DNA of 64,000 nucleotides from a virus: IMG/VR virus record IMGVR_UViG_3300042893_001481; one strand, 5' to 3'. Shown piece by piece: positions 58,430 to 64,000 of this stretch (position 1 is its first letter; each line of letters starts with the position of its first letter). The notes under the pieces were generated by a model. It saw only the letters and a program-made list of their open reading frames with translations, ran no database searches and was not told where the DNA came from. The position numbers and the translations under genes were made by a program.

Positions 58430-58860
58430 TCTTCGTTTTTATCCTTATACACAAAGAAATAGTCACCCTGACTTTGGGTGTACATATCGGTGACATTTAA
58501 ACCGAAATTCAATAAGATTTTACGATACTTTGAGGTTCTACTTTTATTAAACGAACCTATTGCAATTTTCTCATGGACGTTAACCCATTCCTTCAATTTT
58601 CTCGATATCCTACCCCAAGTTTGAATAATTTCACCATTTGATTTAGTTGTTGGTTTCTTCATTTGTGAAGCAACTGAGGTAAATTCTTGTTCATCACTCG
58701 TCAAACCAACTTGGTAGTTTCCATTGTGTTTGTTTTTGGTTAATATCATTGTGTAAGGACCAGCTTCAAATTCATCAATCACGTCTTCACCGTACTGTCT
58801 TAACCTTTCTTGGTCGACACCTAACATCAATAACTCCAATAGAATATCCTGTAATTTCAT
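58426..58860 (-). CDS. Hypothetical protein with MKLQDILLE leader
   Basis: Minus-strand TATTTAT at 58866-58872 supports start at 58860. Confidence 0.6.
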   Translation of the reverse strand: MKLQDILLELLMLGVDQERLRQYGEDVIDEFEAGPYTMILTKNKHNGNYQVGLTSDEQEFTSVASQMKKPTTKSNGEIIQTWGRISRKLKEWVNVHEKIAIGSFNKSRTSKYRKILLNFGLNVTDMYTQSQGDYFFVYKDKNED

Positions 58861-58937
58861 TATTGATAAATATATACCAAAATTTATTTGGTGATTAATA
58901 TTATGTTTGGTATATTTGTACAACAAAACTTATTAAT

Positions 58938-59234
58938 ATGGAAAAAGGAACTTGTCCCGCATGTAATGGGACCAAAAGACAACCTTGTGATTCAACCAAG
59001 GAATCAAAACACTATAGAGTCTATTCGGGTTATGACTCTGAAACCCACACTCTACCTTGTGGTAACTGTGGTTATGGTATGTTTGCTAGACCTTCAGGTG
59101 AAGTTAACCTAAGACCCGATGGAACACCATGTTTACATAATTTCGTACATGATCAAAAATTAGGTAATTGTTACAATAGTTATAAATGTACACACGGTTG
59201 TGGAAGTGCATTTACCATTGATAGTGGAGATTAA
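58938..59234 (+). CDS. Cys-rich Zn-finger-like protein
   Basis: CPACNG, CGNCG, C.H..C..C..CG; promoter TTTG-N20-TATATTTG upstream. Confidence 0.65.
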   Translation: MEKGTCPACNGTKRQPCDSTKESKHYRVYSGYDSETHTLPCGNCGYGMFARPSGEVNLRPDGTPCLHNFVHDQKLGNCYNSYKCTHGCGSAFTIDSGD

Positions 59235-59278
59235 GATTAATTTTTTGGAATATCCGAAAATATCAATATCTTCGCTAA

Positions 59279-59470
59279 ATGGAAATAAAAATTAAATATC
59301 ATATAGAGGTCATTGGACTAATTGCTGCGGAAGAACAACATGTAATAACCTGCGATTCATTGGAATCTGCGGAAAAGAAAATGAAAAATCTACGCAAACA
59401 AGAGACCCACATGTTTTTAATTAAAACTGTGACATCAAAAGATGGGTGTGAACAGTTTATAATTGACTAA
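59279..59470 (+). CDS. Hypothetical protein
   Basis: 63-aa ORF. Confidence 0.5.
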   Translation: MEIKIKYHIEVIGLIAAEEQHVITCDSLESAEKKMKNLRKQETHMFLIKTVTSKDGCEQFIID

Positions 59471-59487
59471 CAATTAAACTTAAACTA

Positions 59488-59646
59488 ATGCCTAAGTTCA
59501 AACTAATCAAACAATTAGAAAAAAATCTAAAACTTGTAGAAGAAGAATCTCCAACTAATTTTTTTAGTAAATGGTTAAAGAATTTTAGAATAAAAGAAAT
59601 TAAGAAAAGAATCTGTAATCTCAGAGCATCAATGAAAAAGAAATGA
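59488..59646 (+). CDS. Small basic protein (52 aa), MPKFKLI start
   Basis: Fills gap; not in ORF track. Confidence 0.45.
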   Translation: MPKFKLIKQLEKNLKLVEEESPTNFFSKWLKNFRIKEIKKRICNLRASMKKK

Positions 59647-59709
59647 AATATTCTAATTAATTTTAGAATATTTTTTGGTGCTTTCAAATAATGTTTGTAC
59701 CTTTGTGGT

Positions 59710-60135
59710 ATGAAGAACATAATACTATTATTCTTTCTTTTACCCGAAACACTAGGTAAGGGAGATTTATTACCTTCGAGGGTATTTCACACGGAAACCA
59801 AAACTGTGGTGAATGTGGATGTGGTAACTCTCACCACGTATAGTCCTTCTGTGGGACAAACCGACTCGACTCCGAACATAACAGCTTCGGGTTTTAAAAT
59901 TGACACATTAAATCCAAAGAGACACAAAATCATTGCAATATCACGAGATCTTAAAAAGAAGTGGAAGTTTAACCAAAAAGTTAGAATCCGTAAAGCCGGT
60001 AAATACAATGGAGATTACACAGTAAAAGATGTTATGAATAAAAGATATAAGAATCGAATTGACATTTTAGTTGGTAAAGATGACGAACAAGTTAAATTAA
60101 GTAACGTTCAAATAATAGCAATAAATGACAAATAA
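59710..60135 (+). CDS. 3D-domain (double-psi barrel) cell-wall-related protein
   Basis: TTY, TASG, IAISRDL, VKDVM..RIDIL; signal-like N-terminus. Confidence 0.75.
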   Translation: MKNIILLFFLLPETLGKGDLLPSRVFHTETKTVVNVDVVTLTTYSPSVGQTDSTPNITASGFKIDTLNPKRHKIIAISRDLKKKWKFNQKVRIRKAGKYNGDYTVKDVMNKRYKNRIDILVGKDDEQVKLSNVQIIAINDK

Positions 60136-60355
60136 CAAAGTACCCTACTCATTAACATTTAAATATTTTAATGACACAATAACATTGAGGAAGGATTCAC
60201 CAATGTTAAGAATTTCCGATGTTATGGAAATGAACCGTTCCATTGTTGTTGGAATATTTGGTGAAAAGGCATACCACGACTACTTTTTAGAAGTAATTGA
60301 CCAAATTTATGAATACGGTGACACTAGAAATATTGATGTACCTATTGAACACTAA
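60125..60355 (+). CDS. Hypothetical protein
   Basis: ORF track. Confidence 0.5.
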   Translation: MTNNKVPYSLTFKYFNDTITLRKDSPMLRISDVMEMNRSIVVGIFGEKAYHDYFLEVIDQIYEYGDTRNIDVPIEH

Positions 60356-60590
60356 CACTATTTACCCTGTTTAGTACATTCTGTGCTGCTAAATCAAAAG
60401 TTTCAATAGTCCATCCAGATTCACATACCTCACTTAGAATATCGAAGGCCATGTGATTTATCCTTTTACAATCTTCATATAACATTGCGGCAACAATCTC
60501 AACTGCACATGTCATAGAAGGATTATTTTCCATAATCTTGTTGGTTTGGGACACTAGATACTTTTCGTAAGCAATTGGTTCAGTTCTCAT
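60342..60590 (-). CDS. Hypothetical protein
   Basis: ORF track; fills gap. Confidence 0.5.
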   Translation of the reverse strand: MRTEPIAYEKYLVSQTNKIMENNPSMTCAVEIVAAMLYEDCKRINHMAFDILSEVCESGWTIETFDLAAQNVLNRVNSVSVQ

Positions 60591-60696
60591 AGGTTTAATT
60601 TAGACTTTAAAGTTAATAATGTATTTTAATACCACCAAATATTTTTTTGGTATATCATAAAATATTCATTATCTTTGAGTTAGATAATTATAAACT

Positions 60697-60924
60697 ATGG
60701 ACTTCAAATTTTTCAAGGGTTTTCCGAGAAACATCCACAAAGAGATGTGTAGACTACAAATCGGTTCTACATTTATTTTTTGTGGGTATTATTGTATTGT
60801 CACTAGAATGTGGAGTAATTGGTTTGAATTTACAGTCCAAGAGACAAATGAAAAACGTTACATGAACTATCAAAATTATTTACGTACACCATCTGCTGCG
60901 GGTAGACAATTAAATAGAAGATAA
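60697..60924 (+). CDS. Hypothetical protein, N-terminal FKFFKG motif
   Basis: Promoter TTTG-N20-TATCTTTG at 60646-60677. Confidence 0.6.
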   Translation: MDFKFFKGFPRNIHKEMCRLQIGSTFIFCGYYCIVTRMWSNWFEFTVQETNEKRYMNYQNYLRTPSAAGRQLNRR

Positions 60925-60925
60925 T

Positions 60926-62077
60926 ATGGAAATGGATTTTTGGTATACAAAAATTAACCCCTATCCTTGTATTCAATCGACTCTTGAATACATAGATGAA
61001 ACGATTTCATTTAAGGATGTGGATATCGATTTAATTGATACCAACAAATTAAATTTTTTAGTTTTTAAATGGAAAATTAGTCCCACACATATACACTCCA
61101 TAGAGTTTATAGAATTACTAAATAAACTTCAACAGAAAGACTTTTATTTTATAGGGGATTTTTCACACGAGGCACATAGTTTTACGGATGAGTTAAGTTT
61201 ATCTTTTTTAAATAAATTAAAACTAAATGGTGTAGATATAAATCGTTTAATTTATCTAACTAATAATTCTAATCATGCAGGTTTGCGTAAAATTAAGTAT
61301 GGTAATTTTACATTGAACACCTGTTTTTTTCCTTATTTTTATCTACAAACATATACAATATTAAAAAATTATATCACGGATAACGATTTAAATAATACCA
61401 TTATTCCTGATAAAAAATTTTTATGTTTAAATCGAAGAATGTATCATCACAAATTTAAAATTATTGAAGAATTGTATAATAGAGGGTTGTTAGATGATAC
61501 AAGATTCAGTTGGGTTGATAACAAGAATGATAAAAACTTTTCAAATAAAAAATTAAATGATTATCTAAAAATAGATGTAGATAATTTTAAAGCAATCCAA
61601 TTAGAAAATGATGTAATGTATGGTAGTGAATTATCTGTTCATGAGGAATATCTTTATACGATAAATCCAAATTGGTATTATAAAAGTAAAGTTAATATCA
61701 TTACTGAAACAGGTTTATTAGACTCAGAAATTCACATGACCGAAAAGACATGGAAGGCAATATATTTAGGGATTCCATTTGTTATATATGGAACAAAGGG
61801 ACATCTAAAAACTTTGAGGGATATGGGATATAAAACATTTAATTCTGTTATCAATGAAGAATATGATAGTATGAGTGGTAAAGATAAAATAAAACAAATC
61901 ATAGATAGTGCGGTAGAGTTATCAAACATTTATAACACACCTGAAGTGTTAGATATATGTAAGTTTAATCAACAACTATATTTTAATTTTAATCATCGTA
62001 AACAAATATGTAAAGAAGTTTTTTTAGATAAATTATATGATATTAAAAATTCAATAACCTATAAAACTTTAATATAA
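60926..62077 (+). CDS. Hypothetical protein, possibly GT-B-like (FLCLNR...ITET...TEKT.K); ends KTLI
   Basis: FLCLNRR, NIITET, TEKTWKAI, PFVIYG, LRDMGYKTF. Confidence 0.6.
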   Translation: MEMDFWYTKINPYPCIQSTLEYIDETISFKDVDIDLIDTNKLNFLVFKWKISPTHIHSIEFIELLNKLQQKDFYFIGDFSHEAHSFTDELSLSFLNKLKLNGVDINRLIYLTNNSNHAGLRKIKYGNFTLNTCFFPYFYLQTYTILKNYITDNDLNNTIIPDKKFLCLNRRMYHHKFKIIEELYNRGLLDDTRFSWVDNKNDKNFSNKKLNDYLKIDVDNFKAIQLENDVMYGSELSVHEEYLYTINPNWYYKSKVNIITETGLLDSEIHMTEKTWKAIYLGIPFVIYGTKGHLKTLRDMGYKTFNSVINEEYDSMSGKDKIKQIIDSAVELSNIYNTPEVLDICKFNQQLYFNFNHRKQICKEVFLDKLYDIKNSITYKTLI

Positions 62078-62078
62078 T

Positions 62079-62636
62079 ATGGTTATTACAATTTTAGCAG
62101 AACCGAGGAGTGGATCAACAAATCTTGCCAATTGGTTTCGTCTTAACAAAAATTTTACCACACTATTAGAACCAACAAATTCTGCGGCCAGGTGGTATCA
62201 AAACGAAATTGAACCAAAAGATTACAAATATGATACTAAACATCTTTGTGTAAAAGAAATATATTACCCAAATATAAATCGGGATTCATTATTAAATGTG
62301 TCGGATAAAATTATTATATTATACAGAGAAAATGAACAAGAACAATTAGAATCGTATTTAATCGCATTGAATAAAGATGAGTGGCACGTACCATATGTTT
62401 ACACAAAAAAAGAAAATTTGTTTACCAAAAAAACAACTGAATATTTTAATACATTAAAATCTGAATTCAAAGAAAAATATCTAAATGAAAATTACTTCAC
62501 TATTTCATATGAAGATTTATATTATAATAATGGATTTGAAAAAATTGTAAACTACATTAATATTGATGAAGTTAAAAATGTTGGATTTCCTTTGGGTGAG
62601 AAATATAGAATAAATAAAACACAGGATTTAATATGA
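62079..62636 (+). CDS. Sulfotransferase-like P-loop protein; ends QDLI
   Basis: AEPRSGSTNL, LEP, SYEDLY; paralog of 12419..12898. Confidence 0.65.
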   Translation: MVITILAEPRSGSTNLANWFRLNKNFTTLLEPTNSAARWYQNEIEPKDYKYDTKHLCVKEIYYPNINRDSLLNVSDKIIILYRENEQEQLESYLIALNKDEWHVPYVYTKKENLFTKKTTEYFNTLKSEFKEKYLNENYFTISYEDLYYNNGFEKIVNYINIDEVKNVGFPLGEKYRINKTQDLI

Positions 62637-62884
62637 TTTACATTTTAATTTACATAATAGGATTTATTCTAACACTAACATTCTTAAAGTTATTCGGTAA
62701 GAAGTTGGGAATTGATTACGACCCACCACACGTATCTGATTATGATGATTGGGAAAATAACGCACAGGCTTATTTGTCCTTTTCAATAACTTGGATCATA
62801 ACTGCACCAATGTTTATTGTTGTTGTTATAATTCGGTTGTTATATAAATTTGCACAATGGTTCTTAAAATACCCAAACGTTTAA
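62633..62884 (+). CDS. Small membrane protein
   Basis: Two TM segments. Confidence 0.55.
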   Translation: MIYILIYIIGFILTLTFLKLFGKKLGIDYDPPHVSDYDDWENNAQAYLSFSITWIITAPMFIVVVIIRLLYKFAQWFLKYPNV

Positions 62885-62885
62885 T

Positions 62886-63086
62886 ATGACACTATTTTTA
62901 ATTTATTGGATAGTAACAACAATATACGGAGTGTATTGGTTGATTAAACATCCATCATCAAGACATGGTGATGACAATGATGAATTTACATTATTGGAAG
63001 TTATTGCTAAAATTTTTCCAGCTGGTTTAATAGCTTGGGCAATTGTTCCAATGTTATTATTACATCAGGTTAAATTCAAAAGATAA
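62886..63086 (+). CDS. Small membrane protein
   Basis: Two TM segments. Confidence 0.55.
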   Translation: MTLFLIYWIVTTIYGVYWLIKHPSSRHGDDNDEFTLLEVIAKIFPAGLIAWAIVPMLLLHQVKFKR

Positions 63087-63553
63087 TGACCGACGCACAA
63101 ATAGTAATATCAGTAATTTTTGCTGTGATATTTTTCGTAATTCTTATTTTTAATGTGGTATCATACCCAAACGTGGAGTTATATAAAAAGAAATATGATG
63201 AATTGAAACGTGGAGTGTATAAGTATGAACCAGATTATGGTGAATCACATTATTTTTATCTATACAGTTACGATATTGCTACTGTAACATTTATACGTAC
63301 TGGTGTTAATATCATATTCTTTCTTGATGGTGATATAAAACTAACAGATAATTTATACATACACAAAAGTCATTTGTTTATGTCATTAGTTAGTTGGTAT
63401 TATTGGAGAAAGTTTCAAAAGTTAAAAGATGAATTGATTAACCAACATAATTTTAATGAGGCATATGCAAGATATAGATTAGGTTATTTGGAATCGTTAC
63501 AAGAACAACCTAAGAAACAAAACAAACTTACCTTCAAATTTTTTAGAGGATGA
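63086..63553 (+). CDS. Membrane-anchored protein with C-terminal FKFFRG motif
   Basis: N-terminal TM segment; ends LTFKFFRG. Confidence 0.6.
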   Translation: MTDAQIVISVIFAVIFFVILIFNVVSYPNVELYKKKYDELKRGVYKYEPDYGESHYFYLYSYDIATVTFIRTGVNIIFFLDGDIKLTDNLYIHKSHLFMSLVSWYYWRKFQKLKDELINQHNFNEAYARYRLGYLESLQEQPKKQNKLTFKFFRG

Positions 63554-63930
63554 TAATACCATTTAAATTTTTTGTGGGGAAGGTTTATACCGATGAATTT
63601 GAATTTCCAAGAGTAAGGAGATCACCAGAACACATAGGTAGAGGATATATTCAAACAATCTTACCGACCGTACCAAATCTCGCAACACTACCAGAACCCA
63701 ACTACGATGCTATGGTTATTAATATTGTAAGGAGACGTATGAACCTTCGTTTATCTTGGAGGGGATATCAAATGCATGTATTTGAACCTGATGGTTATCC
63801 ATTATTAAAGATTGTAAGTGGAATTAATATTGGTGGAATGTTTCACATAGTTTATTTAATTACAAGAGACGGGAATACTGAAAATTATAGAGTAAGTGTC
63901 CCATTGGTTAATTTACAAAGAAGAGGATAA
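63550..63930 (+). CDS. Hypothetical protein, N-terminal FKFFVG motif
   Basis: ORF track. Confidence 0.6.
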   Translation: MIIPFKFFVGKVYTDEFEFPRVRRSPEHIGRGYIQTILPTVPNLATLPEPNYDAMVINIVRRRMNLRLSWRGYQMHVFEPDGYPLLKIVSGINIGGMFHIVYLITRDGNTENYRVSVPLVNLQRRG

Positions 63931-63931
63931 T

Positions 63932-64000
63932 ATGATAAACCAATTTAAATTTTTTGAGGGGAGACCAAAAAGATTATATCACTACGACCTATTGGTTGGA
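63932..64000 (+). CDS. Partial CDS at window edge, N-terminal FKFFEG motif
   Basis: MINQFKFFEGRPKRLYHYDLLVG... Confidence 0.55.
   Translation, partial: MINQFKFFEGRPKRLYHYDLLVG

Noticed and set aside
1-64000. Stop-codon reassignment as in some large Bacteroidota phages
   Set aside because: Recognisable genes are full length under code 11, and TAA, TGA and TAG all end genes.

Overview
A gene-dense, very AT-rich segment of a large tailed phage with T4-like traits, most likely infecting a Bacteroidota host: there are many TTTG-N19/20-TAnnTTTG promoters and no Shine-Dalgarno pattern. I found no tRNA, rRNA, CRISPR array or transposase. Layout: (i) 1-14.6 kb is a tailoring-enzyme island with a carbamoyltransferase, APS kinase plus an HxGH nucleotidyltransferase, six 2OG-Fe(II) oxygenase-fold proteins, a flavin halogenase, two sulfotransferase-like proteins, SGNH proteins and a radical SAM/SPASM enzyme. 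It is centred on a 500-aa gene that reads as circularly permuted ATP-grasp + Hint domain ending His-Asn + a 31-aa Cys/Trp/Tyr-rich peptide. Almost every enzyme around it ends in a similar C-terminal tag, roughly K-[ST/N]-[LIV]-[IL]-COOH. (ii) 14.7-30 kb is a glycosylation/methylation island with an Aah/TibC-type heptosyltransferase next to a Ser/Gly/Thr-repeat tail fibre, plus a small protein carrying a fragment of a gp23-type major capsid protein. (iii) 30-64 kb holds accessory genes: three DNA methyltransferases, an iscU-ferredoxin-iscA cassette, two PcfJ-like proteins, an M23 cell-wall hydrolase, RmlC, a stand-alone DnaA C-terminal domain, and a dispersed set of unrelated small proteins sharing a terminal F-K-F-F-x-G motif. 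The best candidate for an undescribed system is the phage-encoded, Hint-released, RiPP-like peptide with tag-bearing tailoring enzymes. All family calls come from motif recognition by eye; no database searches were run.
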